A stretch of DNA of 64,000 nt from the human T2T-CHM13v2.0 reference genome, Homo sapiens, in the NCBI RefSeq assembly GCF_009914755.1, contig NC_060932.1; one strand, written 5' to 3'. Positions 1 to 12,639 of the stretch are shown here, in pieces; within the stretch, counting starts at the first letter, position 1, and every line of letters starts with the position of its first letter. A program made the translations under genes and the position numbers. Below the pieces are notes generated by a model. That model did no database searches. It was not told the origin of the DNA and was given only the letters and a program-made list of their open reading frames with translations.

Positions 1-287
1 CTTGAAAATATTTGAAAGAAAACAGAAGATAATTACATCTGTACTGAACATGTAGAGATTCTTTATCTTGTAATTATTCTCTAAACAATATAGTATAAAT
101 AGTATCTATACAACATTTATATTGTTTTAGGTATTATAAATAATTTGGAGATGATTTAAAGTATACTGGAGGATGTGAATAAGTTACATGCCAATACTCC
201 ACAATTTTATATAAGGAACTTGAGTGTCCATGCAGTTTGATATCTAAGGGGTCCCTGGACACTCCCATGGATACTGAGGGATGACTG
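1..287 (-). mobile_element. MER2 (Tigger-family non-autonomous DNA transposon), cut by window edge
   Basis: Ends in CCATGGATACTGAGGGATGACTG then TA, the reverse complement of the MER2 terminus CAGTCRTCCCTCRGTATCC. Internal TAGGTATTATAA/GAGATGATTTAAAGTATA blocks match the recalled consensus. Confidence 0.85.
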
Positions 288-869
288 TATTTACAATTCA
301 AGGAGGAAAGAGGCTTGGAAACTTGGAAACATGTCTAGGTGGTAAAGGGCCCACTACATGGGACAATCTGGCTCCTCCAGAGGTTTTATTTCCCTTCAAA
401 AGGTTGGAGTTTGACTCCAGCACATTATACTTCTAAGGGGGGCCCTGCTACTTGTGCAGAACACTTGACCTGGCTCTTATGGCACCCCAGGAGACATGAC
501 TAGGGCAAGAGGACCCACATACTTATTGTTTACTGTGAGATTTTAGTAAGAAATCTGTCTCTGACCCAGACAACTTCATGTGCATAATTAGGATAATTTT
601 AATAAAGATGAATATTAAATATGAATATCTATTACTTTTCCCCGTATACATATACTATAATATAAATGAAAATGCTTTAATTATTCCTTGCCTTCGGATT
701 AAATCTAAGGGGAAGCCTTCTTTAATTAGGCTGATGTATAAAACATTCACAGATTCATAAAATATAAAATGAAAAATTTCATGTCAAGTAATGACTCTGT
801 TGATCATTGGGGAAAGGAAAACTCCTTTTAAAAGTATATTTTTCAATCTAGGTTGATGCTTTTAAGTCC

Positions 870-1915
870 TTTTTTAGTCTAGGAGAGACAGCTAATTACT
901 CAGGCAAGAGCTGACTCCTTTAAGATTGGAGGCAAAGGATAAACGAGAACACAGAGATTTGGGCCATGCAGAGTTGGAAAAGTTTACTGTTTTGGGGCTG
1001 CAAACATAAAAGGTAATATTGAAAAAGACTTGAACAAAAAGGCTCTGTAGGAATTAATTGGTTAAAATGGGGACACAATTCTAGAACAGAGACCAGATTT
1101 AAGCCGATTCATTCTCAACTAAGTCTTGTTGCTTCAGATGGCATGATGGTAGCCAAAATTCAATTGAAAGAAAAAAATGCATGGGGATGGAGAAATAATG
1201 AGCAAATGTGGGCTTAAGGACAATTCCTAGGAAATAACTTTAGGTGAGTGCAGGCACATCAAATTGACAGGAAACAAACGAATCAGAAGTCTATTCCTTC
1301 TTTTTATTGCTTACTAAAAAATTCTGTGGGTATCAAGACTGCTTGTAGGTCCATTTTCCCAGCAGAAAAAAAGGTGGTAAAAGCTGCTTACCCTCCACCA
1401 AGGACAAGATCCCCCCAAACCCCATCAGATGTGGCCCTGGGAGATGATGTCAAAGGGAGGGCCCCCACAGAGGGTCAAGCCAGAGTCAAAGGATGTCACA
1501 CAAGGGAATCTCCCCAAATAGAAGGACTGGAGTCTAATTGAGGGTCTTTCCACATCCTTCTGGGAAAAGGGTGCCTTCTACAACTTGGCCATCAGGTTTT
1601 CATCATTGCCGTAGATCAGTGACTGCAGCATGGACCCCAAGCTTCCCTTTCGTCAGTTGCAGTTTTTCTTGTGATTATCGTAATCATGCCCCACCATTGT
1701 ATACTTGGTATATACATGCAGGAGGCAGATAGCTTGTTTTTAATTTTGTAAGCAAGTGGACCAAAAAGATGACATGCTGATGGAGAGAACTTTGTCATAC
1801 CCACTTTGAGCTGTCACACCCACTTTATTGTTGGACTGTCTCTTGGGGAGAAAATGCATGTGTTTTACATGTACGAAAAAATGCATTTAAATAGGTGGTG
1901 GCCAGAGGAGTGGAC
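870..1915 (+). mobile_element. Old MaLR internal sequence (MLT1-int), 3' part
   Basis: MLT1-int-like blocks (CAGTGACTGC...CCACCATTGTAT...GGCAGATAGCTTG) end in a polypurine-tract-like GGCCAGAGGAGTGGAC at ~1900-1915. Left boundary approximate. Confidence 0.55.
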
Positions 1916-3254
1916 AGAAATTTGTATTGTATCCTCCATAATATGCGGTTGTTACTGGGAAATGGCTGCAGGTTTACAGCAGCTATACTTACTTTAACAA
2001 ATACTTGTAATGGCAAGTATTGATTATGAGTAACAAAATACAAATTTCATTATTAATTTCTCTATGGTAAGGTATTGAAAAGAGCTTGTGATATTCTTTC
2101 TCAACTAAAGAAGGTACTTTGAATTTAACTATCTAGAATAATAGTACAGTCTCAAATTTCCCTCTGTCAATTTGTAAGTCAGAGATGCCAAGAACAGAAA
2201 GTGAGTTCAGAAAACCATCTTCTTCCTTTCATATTCAGATTTAGTTCTATATCTTCAGGATACCTTGGGAATCTACACACTTCTTGTTATAATGGCCATA
2301 GATAACATGTCAAGAAAAGGAAAATGCAAGAGAGGTCAATTCAAAAAATGTTTCAGGAAACTATTGCATAACCTTTAGCAAACTCATGTAGGGCATTTTC
2401 CAAAAATAAATAACCACCTATTCTTAAAGACCTGAAGATCTGAGAAACTACAAAGGCCACTAACACTGCCCAAGTATTAGTTTGTCCAACTCCCCTACAT
2501 TTAAAAATGACTGAATTATGTGGCATGACTAATAAATCAGTAAATCTTATGTATGAATGAAAGGGATGTATAACAAAGTAAGTATCAAACAAATTAATTG
2601 TTAGAGCTACCAATGTTCCTGTAAAATAAACTATGATCATAAATCTTCACAGCATAGTAAGTGTAAAATTACCTCATGTATATCATTACAAATGTTTGGT
2701 GACCTTAATAAATCATTTCTTAAACATAAGTAATGAGAATTTAAATTCACACACAGCTACTTAAAATGATCAAATGTAAAAAATGAGATTTTACTACAAA
2801 TAATATATTAAAGGCTGTGGGACCATATTATAATACTGAGAATTGAACACTGAGTCACTCAACTTGCAAAACATATGGGCAGAACCTCTCAGTAGCCTTG
2901 AAAGGAAACCTCAGCTGTATCTTGTATAACTTAGTGATGGCCATATGTATCAAAATATCTGCTCTAGATGATGGGCAATAATTGGGCAATTTAAAACATT
3001 GTCACTTTGAAGTAGTTTATTCTTCCTTATGCCCAAAGCAATAACATTGGGGGCAGGGACAGGGATTGGGGTTATAGAAGCCTTGATTACTCTCTGTGAA
3101 ATATACAACTGAGTCAAACATTTGCAACATGTTAAAGTTGTTGGCAACTAAAGGGAAATCAGGAAAAAATCAAAATGCCATTTTTTTTAGCAGTTTCAAC
3201 AATGAAAAAAGGGAACCACTGTATTTTATGTACAAAGCAGGAAGACCATAATTA

Positions 3255-4818
3255 TCTCTCTGCCCCTTTCTTTCTCTCTTCTCCTTCTGGAACTTCTACA
3301 ATGAGTATGTTGCCTGCTTGAGGCATCCCACAGGCTCCTTAGGCTCTGTTCACTTTTTCTTTAATCCATTTTCTTTCTGTTCCTTGGCCTCAACAGTTTC
3401 CATTGCCCTATCTTTAAAGTTTGCCAATCCTTTCTTCTGCCTGCTCAAATCTATCTTTGAATCCTTGTGAATTTTTATTTTAATACTTTTTAGCTTTAGA
3501 ATTTCTTTTGGTTTATTTTTAGTTTTTTTCTATCAATTTTTGTTATTTCTATTTTATTCATGTATCATTTTCTTGACATTCTCCATGCCTGAGTATCTTT
3601 GTCAGTTGTTTCAAAGTCTTGTTAGCATGTTTACCATCTGGTCCTACTTAGTGTCAGTTTCTGTTGTTTTTGTTAATAGGTTATAATTTCACGTTTTTCA
3701 ATATGTCTTGTGATTTTTTTGGCTAAAAACTGGACATTTGAATATAATAATGAGGTAACTCTGGAAATCAAATTATCCCCTTTCCCCTTTGTTTTGTGTG
3801 TGTGTGTATCTTGCTATTTTAAAAAAAAATGTTTTGAATTGCTATGGGCTCTCTCTGTGCCAAGGATCAGCCTGAAGAGTAAACTTCAGGTCTTCTTAGG
3901 TTATTTCTGAGGTAGTGCTTTGCACAGTGTCTTTTTTTTTTTTTTTTTTTTTTTATTGTATCTCGTCCTGTCACCCAGGCTGTAGTACAGTGGTGGGATC
4001 TCTGCTCACTGCAACCTCCACTTTCCAGGCTCAAACAATCCTCTCACCTCAACCTCTTGAGTAGCTAAGACCACAGGTGTGTGTCACCATGCCTGGCTAA
4101 TTTTTGCATTTTTTTTTTTTTTTTGTAGAGATAAGGTCTCACCATGATAAGCCAGCTGGTCTTGAACTTCTGGCCTTAAGTGATCCACACACCTCTGCCA
4201 TCCAAAGTGCTGGGATTACAGGAGTGAGCCACCTTGCCCAGCCTGCACAGTGACTTTCTAATTTCTCCTATAAATATAGTTGCTTTCGAATATTTTTGTG
4301 TTTCATGTCTGACTCCCAAAAGGGGGAAAATAAGAATGACAAAGAAGTGAAAGGAGTGCTCAACCTTTAAATACCCAGACAGTCACTTCCACTGGAAAGG
4401 AAGGGGCTTCCAACAATGAGAGGAAGTGCAAAAATAGCTCATCTTCTTTGTCTGCACCGCTGTAATCAGAAGCCCCAATCAGTGATTAGATTAGATTAAA
4501 AAAAATTCTTGATATTTGGAGAACGTGGTCATTTATCCCACCTTGATTACTGCACACTGTGTTTAGGGTGCTCCAGGAACATGTGGCCGGCTTCCAGCCA
4601 TGGGGCTGGGATAGAGGCTGTGTAGCTGCTTCTGGGCTGAGAGCTGAAATTGACTGCAATTAACTGCACTTTACTGTCCAAGCCTTCCCCTGGAATTTGC
4701 AAGCCGTCCAGAGACTCAGGAGTTCCAAAATAGTTACGTCCGACAGATTATGCCAGTGCAGTTGCTGTCTAGGTGGGCAGACAGATTCCTGGGGCTTCCT
4801 ACTTTACCATACTCCAGA
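3255..4818 (-). mobile_element. Old L1M (L1MD-like) 5'UTR/ORF1 fragment, interrupted by AluJ
   Basis: T-rich antisense ORF1-type blocks (TCTCCTTCTGGAAC, GGCTCTGTTCACTTTTTC, TCTTCTGCCTGCTCAAATCT) continue across the Alu into 5'UTR-like sequence. Confidence 0.7.
3932..4243 (-). mobile_element. AluJ, full length
   Basis: Poly-T, two monomers, ends GTGAGCCACCTTGCCCAGCC. Flanked by TSD TGCACAGTG(T/A)CTTT at 3921 and 4244. High divergence. Confidence 0.93.
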
Positions 4819-5832
4819 TTCCACACACTACACGTCTGTAGTAAGTTAGAGATACAATATGTGTACTAAATCAGTAAATTGTAATTGTGAGTCCGTGCGG
4901 AAACACTGACCTTTTGAAAAATATTTTTCACCATTTTCATTTTGATAATGGAAACATAATTATATTTATAGCCAAAGCTAACAAAATGTGAATTTTAGTT
5001 GCTTTTTGAAAGTCATGTTACAGGGAAAAAATTTTGCTTTCAGATGAAAACTCATTGGTTGCCATGCAGAATAGAGTTATCTAAGAAAAAAAGCAGATGA
5101 GTTATAAGGGTTGAAAAGTAGATTAAAACTCTATAATTTATAGAGAAGGCTATTTTTGAAGGCAAGCTCAGAGCACAATCCTGTTCCAGAAGATTAATTT
5201 TTAAAATTAATATATCTATTTATCACCTGTGATCCCTGAGGGCATGAAGAAGTTCCCAGAAAGCATAGTTAAAATGCAGAAAGACTGAAAGAAAATTGAT
5301 GCTTACTTGGCATTGCTCTTTATGAGTGGTGATTAATATTTTGTGAAAGGCCATGAAAAATTGTATCATAAATGCATAACACACTATATTATATCTACTG
5401 TGTCCACTTACTCTTTTATAATATATAAATGGGAGAATTGCTATTTTGGAGGAAAAAAAGGTGGAGATTTTTCTACATCTATTTAATTGTTTCAAAGTCG
5501 GTATATCTGAAATACAAAACACAGCTTATGTCCTTCCTCACCTAGAGAAGTCCAAGTGCCATTTACATTTGTCTTACAGGCAGAAGTTGAGGTAGAGTAG
5601 AGGCAGGGATGAGAAAGAGATTCCAAGGGCTCTAGAGGAAGTGTCTCATCTTTGCTCCGTCATGCTCCTGCCTTCCAGCAGGCTGTGGATGTGTTCATTC
5701 ATTTCTTTAGCCCCTGATAGCCAAAAATAGCCCTTTGTGAGAAGCAGGAAGGTTAATAATGTCATCACTAAAAAAGAAAAAAAGAACAATGCATGAATGG
5801 ATGAGAATTTAAATTGATTTGGCAGATATTAT

Positions 5833-6040
5833 TGTACTAGTCAGAGTTTTCCAGAGAAGTAGAATCAGTGGATATAGATACAGATATACACATACAGAAA
5901 GAGATGTATTGTAAAGATTGGCTGGCTCACACAATTATGGCAGCTGAGGTCTTACAGTTTGCTGTCTCTGAGCTGGAGGCCGATGAAAGCCAGCAGCATG
6001 GTTCCCGTCCATGCCCAAAGGCCTCAGAGAGAACCCAGGG
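5833..6040 (-). mobile_element. MLT2 (ERVL LTR) fragment
   Basis: TGTACTAGTCAGAGTTTTCCAGAGAAGTAGAA...GGCTCACACAATTATGG...GAGCTGGAG...AAAGCCAG matches the MLT2 3' end read antisense. Confidence 0.75.
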
Positions 6041-7429
6041 AGCTGGCTGGGGCTTCCCATCACTGTCGAGGGGAGGGCTCCCATTCACAGTGGTCTTTTT
6101 AAACTCTCCTACTCTTTCATGTTTACACACACAGATTAACTCTTTGTACGGTGACAACCAACTTTTCTACCTGCCCGGATTTCAGTCAATAAAGATGTGA
6201 GAGGAAAACATAATAATTTCCCACAAACTAAATAACAATACTGGGTTTGGGTTTCTCTACCCACATTTCCCCTTTCTGGCCGTTTTTTTTTTTTTTTTTT
6301 TTTTTTACTGTGTCTCTCTTCTCTTCCTAGTAATGGTCCTTGTTAAGTCTTCTTCAGCCATCTCACCACTATGCCTGCTCTAACCCGAGTGGTCTGGGAA
6401 GCTGCGGGAGTGGGAAGTGTCAGGCTCCTAGTGAGGTCATAAGCCCCTTGCTGGTTTGGGATCCTAAAAGAAAGCCCCCACCCCGGGTGACTGGCTTTTC
6501 TGAAGGATTTGGATGTTAACTGCATTGATCGCCTCACCTGGAGTACATGCATCCTCATGTGTCATGTCCCACACCGGTCAGGCCACATCAACTTTCCCAA
6601 GCCATGTTGGAATCCTGGCACTTTTTTTTTTTTTGGCTCCATATTTTCCCAGTCCTTCAAAGTTACTGCTCAAAGCAAGTGACCAGTTTTGTGGAAGAAG
6701 GGATCTATTTGCCATTCTTGTTTTACCATTTTACCTTCCTTGCTTCAAGGCATAAATAAAAGAAAACAAAAATTTAAGAAGTAATGCAATGATGGATTGG
6801 TCATCATTATCTCTCCATCGTTGGAAGGACCACTTCTGAACTATTTGGCAACATTCCTCCACTTCTGGGTTTCCCTGGTTTCCTGCTTGACGTATTTGGT
6901 TTATCTCACCATATTTTCCTTAACATGGAATACATTTCGTGTTTGGATATGAAATCTTCTTTTGATGCTATTTCAAACTTTATTCTTCTCAGTTGCCTAT
7001 GACACCGCAAGCCCTGGGAGCTGAATGCTAGGATTGGTTGGAGGTCTGCGGAGGCTGAGCCCTCTGAGGACCAAAGCCCTGTGAAACAGATTCTGAGAGA
7101 TGTATGTGAGGCAAACACGTTCATGTCTGTGGGTTTTAGTCAATCTCCTTTTTCTAGATCAAATCCATTTCTTTTATTCTCTGATCTGTCAAAATCCTTT
7201 TGACCCCTCAAAATAAACTGTTTTCTTAATAAAAATAAACACTTGGTCTTTCTCAACACTCACTTATGCCCCTGAGAGGTCGTGATTATGGTCTACTGTC
7301 TTAGTTTTTTAAATGTCTCTCTCCCTCAATTGCTGGATCCTGGAGGAATAAGTTCTGATTAATCCCTATGCAATCCTTCCTTTGCCCCTCTGAAGTGTTC
7401 TGCAGCCCCAGTTTTGTAAGGCACCTGTG

Positions 7430-8110
7430 CACAATCCAGACCTCTGCTTAAAATCTTAGAATTTCTCTCTTATGCCCAAAGGAGAATGCCTAACTTCCTC
7501 ACACGGTGTAGCAAACCACTCATAATCTCATCCTTGCGAGTATTTTTAGCAACACTTCCTGTGCTATACCTTGAAATATACTCTGAGTCACGAACAATTA
7601 CTTGCCATTTCACAATACACCATATACATCTTCACAATACACTATATACATCTTCAGTCTGTTCCTGAAATATTTTTCTATTTTCCAAACTCTCCTTCCC
7701 TCACTGTCTTTTTTCCTTCCTTTTTTCATCTCACCTTCCTTCTTTTTTTTTTCTCACATACAATCTTCTTAAACATCTGCTCTCCCACACATATTCTCCG
7801 ATGATGGGGATACTCACACGGGTCTTATATTCCTGCTTGTTCCAGATACATTTAATCATTTATGCTTCCAAGATGTCTTCTTGTCATGCTACACTTATTA
7901 CTATGTTGGTTAATTGTCACATAGCTTCTGTTTTGTTTATTTTTTCTTGATTCCTCATGGGGCTGTGCTTATAATTCCTTCACTTAGGACAGTATTTGCA
8001 TAATAGAAATGTAACTGGTTTTTTATTCATCTCATCAAAGCTCTTTCCTCTGGGAATCTAGCATAGTTCCTCAACATAGAACTTGTTCAATAAATATTAA
8101 TTGAATAAAA
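7430..8110 (+). mobile_element. L2 fragments including 3' end
   Basis: Pyrimidine-rich L2-like body and L2 3' terminus CTAGCATAGTTCC...TCAATAAATATTAATTGAATAAA at ~8058-8110. Confidence 0.5.
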
Positions 8111-8823
8111 CATGCTTTGTAAAGAAAGAGATACCTTTTTGAAGGAGTGTGGATCAAGAGAGCAAATATTGACTCCCATTTTTGTCTCTTGAGAGCTGTA
8201 GCCGTATCACCTTGCCATTCATTTTCTTCACCCTCGTTTTTCTCCAGTGGAAAATGAGGGGATTGCTTTGGTTTGCTCTGACATCCCTTTCTTCTACAAT
8301 TCTACCAAGTGATTTGATATTGTGTGGGGTTAACTTTGGTTTCCATCTCTTCATTTTGAAATCTAAAGAGTTTTGGAAATAACTAAATAGAAAAATAAAC
8401 ATGTAATCATTATATAGTTTCACTGTTTCTAGTCATTTTAAAGATAAAATAGTCTTAAATTCATGTCTAGTGCCATCGAGACTGACTTAATCATTATTTT
8501 ATTCACTAAGCAGTAGTTTTTTTAAAAGTAAAAATGTTTTTCTAAAGGAAAAAATTAATAGTCATTGAGGAGACATATTGTGTTGCTTAATTTTGCTTTT
8601 GTTCCAGTGTAAAATTAAAATGGAAAAATATAGGTAAGGAAATTGAAACATTTTCTTAAACATTTCTGCTATGAGTTTATGAAAGTTTGATATAAAACTT
8701 TTCTTTGATGAATTATTCTAGTTTCAATGACTGGAAAAATTGATATAAACAGGAATAACAACCACTAGCCCTGGCTTCCAGAACCTCCCAGGCATGTGCT
8801 TCCTATAGTCCTTCTGTCTTATG

Positions 8824-9200
8824 GGATACGGTTCTGTTCTCTGTCCCCACCTAGATCTCATCTTGAATTATAATCCCCACATGTGACAGAGGGACCCGGT
8901 GGGGGGTGATTGGATCATGGGGGCAGTTTTCCCCATGCTGTTCTCATGATAGTGAGTGAGTTCTCACAAGAACTGAGAGCTGATGGTTTAAAAGTGTGTG
9001 GCAGTCTCCCCCTCACTCCTTCTCTCGCCTGTCACCTTGTGAAGAAGGTGTTGCTTCTCGTTCACCTTCTGGCATGATTGTGAGTTTGCTGAGGCCTCCC
9101 TAGCCACGAAGAACTATTGTGGGTCAATTAAACCTCTTTTCTTTATAAATTACCCAGTCTCAGGTAGTTCTTTATAGCAGTGTGAAAACCGACGAATACA
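8824..9200 (+). mobile_element. THE1D solo LTR (MaLR)
   Basis: GTCCCCACCTAGATCTCATCTTGAATT...ATTAAACCTCTTTTCTTTATAAATTACCCAGTCTCAGGTAG...AATACA. 5-bp flanks TTATG/TTGTG (one mismatch). Confidence 0.9.
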
Positions 9201-9509
9201 TTGTGGATCTGAGCCTTAAAAAAATTAATTTTTGTTTCATGCTTTCTTGAGAAGGAGAAACTTGAAAGTCCTAGTGAATACAGCACTTCTACCCTTAACT
9301 TGGTGACTAGCCTGCTCACAAGCTGATGTTTTCCAAACTTCTCTGAGTTCAGTGCTAAATATAATCATTGCCATTATTCTTTTGAATTGTTTCTATCATA
9401 GATGCAAATATTGATTCAGCATACATTATTTATGTTGTCCTTTATTGAAAAATGCACATCTCTGTGTCAAAATCTTATTTCCATTTTGAACATTCCTATA
9501 TCGTTTTGA

Positions 9510-9829
9510 TTTTATTTATTTTACTATTTTTTTTTTATTTTTAGACAGAATCTCAATCTGTTTCCCAGGCTGGAGTACAGTGGTGTGATCATAGCTCACT
9601 GCAGCTTTGAACTCCTTGAACTAAAATAATCAGCCTGCTTCACTGTCCAGAGGAGTTGGGCCCACTGGCATGAGCCATTACACTTGACTAATTTTTTTTT
9701 TTATTTTTTGTAAAGATGGGATCTCATTATGTTGCCCAGGCTAGTCTCCAACTCCTGGCCTCAAGCAATCTTCCTGCCTCAGCATCCCAAAGTGTTGGGA
9801 TTACAGGTGTAAGCTACTCTGCCTTGACT
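9510..9829 (-). mobile_element. AluJ, full length, diverged
   Basis: T-rich tail, GATCATAGCTCACTGCAGC and TATGTTGCCCAGGCTAGTC (J-type), ends TACAGGTGTAAGCTACTCTGCCTTGACT. Confidence 0.9.
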
Positions 9830-10268
9830 GAAAGTTCCTATTTTAAAATTTATTTTTAACATGTATTAATGGACTGCTGCCAAATTTACAGAATAAATGT
9901 AAGTGACACGTTTAAGAAATGATTATTTTGGTAGTAAAATAATGAAAGCTAAGTTGCAATTAATTATTAGTTTATCCCTTTTGTACAGTTTGGCAAAAGA
10001 CTCCCACATACTGAAGCAATAGTATCCTTGATTATCTTTCTAAATTTGTCAGGTAATTCCCAGATGGCTTGAACAAGTCATTTTGGTTCTTTTGGTTACA
10101 TTCTATCACCTATGAAATGAAGGGTTTTGACTAAATGTATGAGATTCTAATATTCCACATTTAATCACTAAATGTGACATTGCTTAGGACTAAACACTTA
10201 GAGGAAAATTCAATATGAGGTTGAAGGAAGTGAAGAGAGAAACAAATACTAAAGACAGGAGAGAAAAA

Positions 10269-10345
10269 TGATAGAGAGATAGACAGATTAGATAGAGAGA
10301 TAGATAGATAGATAGACAGATAGATAGATAGATAGATAGATGATA
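10269..10345 (+). repeat. (GATA)n compound tetranucleotide microsatellite
   Basis: GATA units with GACA and GAGA interruptions, read directly. Confidence 0.95.
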
Positions 10346-12336
10346 CATTTTATAAATGTGCTCAGAATTTTTCTTAGGTTACTTTGTCTTATATATTTTC
10401 TCTTTCTTTGGAGAGCCTCTGAACCAACCACATGAGGAAGCAGAAGTGTGTTACAGCTGACAAATGCAGTCAATTCAATCATGAATAACAATCAACTGCT
10501 TGTCAGCCTCAACTTTAAAAGTTTAATTTTAGAATCCCACATGGATATTGCTAGTCAGAAGAAAAGAGAAAACCAGATTTTAAGGTCTTACAAATTATCA
10601 TATGACATATATAACCTAAAATTTAACCAGAAGCAAGATACAACATTAAGACTTCCTAATCCTTTTCCTCTTTTCCCCCTAGAATCATATTTATTATGGT
10701 ATCAAAGTCGTTTTCATACAACATATCAGCCCCTGATGGAAATATAGTAAAATGTCTATAATCTGTGGCACTGAGAATTAGGAATGACAGGGAATATTAA
10801 AAGTTACTGGTATTCAGATCCTTTTTAAACATTATGTATTGCTGTTGCATCATAATATTGCATTGTGTCTTTCAAACAAATATTATTTCCACAGAGCAGA
10901 AATTATTCTGGTCTTGCTAATAATGAATGACACCATACTTGCTAATTCACAAACTCTCCAAGTTTTATTGTCCTCCATTGTGAAGTGGGATTAGTATGAA
11001 AATTAAAACAGACATGAAAAGCTCTAAGGATAGGACCCAACACACAGGCATGTAGAAGCGTTTTTATTACCATGTTGTCAGTCAAACCCAGAGAATTTCA
11101 ATGAACTAACTAAAATTGCAGTTTGCTAGTGATGAGGTTATTATTAGAATTTAGGTCACTGTCTATAATTTCTCTTCTTTTTGCCCACAAATGCTCTCCT
11201 GGTTACAAGACAACTGAGAGAGGCAAAGGCTAAGTGTAGGTATCTGTGAGGGAAAAGAGAATGGAAAAGGTAAAAAGAATGTAAATGTGGATTTTCTACA
11301 AAACTGGAACCCTCCATCTGGTAACTGAGAATAGAGTAGAACACAGGTTATAAAAGATCACAGCAGATGGCAAGGCCTGGTTGTGAAGCACGACTATTAT
11401 TCATAAGGAAGAGCTGAGTATTTCTCCATCAGCTATTTAGGTTCTGAAGCATGCTCCAGTGCTGACTACTGTTGCTGAGCAAGGCCTGCATGTTCCAGGC
11501 CGTCTTGTAGGGGTCAGAGTCCTGTGCAATCTTTCGGGTCGTCTGTTCGAGGGGTCAGCTCATTTGTCCCTTGCAGCCAGCAGCACCAGCAGCACCCAGA
11601 ACCTCGCTCCAGAATCTGCCCACCAAATCCAGACTTCAGCGGACCCATTCAGGAGATGCTGGAATCGGCTCAGCACCAGTGATTATTGTTAGTCCTCAAC
11701 TTTTTTGAACCTCTGGGATGTTTGTCTGTTTGGCAAGGTTTCCAGGTGTACAGAATGAACATCTTGAACATTGCCAGATTCATTGGAAAAGTCGACAATA
11801 TAAATGATGAAATTGTCTTCTGGATATAGAAATTAGAAAATCAAAAGTTTTCAGAGCATTTCCTTTTGTTTCATGTTAGAGATGTACGCTGTTGCCAGAT
11901 TGCAGTGTGTAATATCCTGTGGGGATCTCACCAAAGCTTGTTCACAAGTTCCCACCTGGAGACAGCCAAAGTGCATAAATTAAATGATGAATGCAAAGAA
12001 CCAGGAACAGCCTGGAAGAAAGAAACAAGAAACCTAAAAATGATATTCTTGGAGTATAGTTTAATAATTCCTGAGCCAAAACATGCCTTAGCATTCTACA
12101 GATTCTTGCAAATCCACCCATAAAAGGGGATATAGTACACCCATCCTTATGGGGGAGAGCAAAAAATAAAACACTTAAATTAATTTTACAGGATCAGTAG
12201 TGCATTATGTTTTTGCATTTCATTAAATTGTAAATGTATACTAATGTGAGTGAAAATCTAACATTTTAAAATATCTTTGTTATGAGTTTAGGTGTCAGAC
12301 AAAATTATTAAATGGGTATTTATTAAAACATTACTG

Positions 12337-12639
12337 GGCTGGGCACGGTGGCTTATGCCTGTAATCCCAGCACTTTGGGAGGCCGAGGTGGGCAGATCAC
12401 CTGAGGTTGGGAGTTCGAGACCAGGCTGACCAACATGGAGAAACCCCATCTCTACTAAAAATACAAAATTAGCCAGGCATGGTGATGTGCACCTGTAATC
12501 CCAGCTACTCAGGAGGCTGAGGCAGGAGAGTCGCTTGAACCTGGAGGTGGAGTTTGCGGTGAGCCGAGATTGAGCCATTGCACTCCAGCCTGGGTGACAG
12601 AGCAAGACTCTGTCTAAAAAAAAAAGAAAAAGAAAAAAA
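12337..12639 (+). mobile_element. AluS (AluSp-like), full length
   Basis: GGCTGGGCACGGTGGC start, TGACCAACATGGAGAAACCCC (Sp-type), A-rich tail. Confidence 0.95.

Noticed and set aside
6283-6306. Isolated long poly-T run (also 54863-54886) as a possible tail of a processed pseudogene
   Set aside because: No polyadenylation signal at the expected distance, no TSD and no recognisable mRNA body next to the run.
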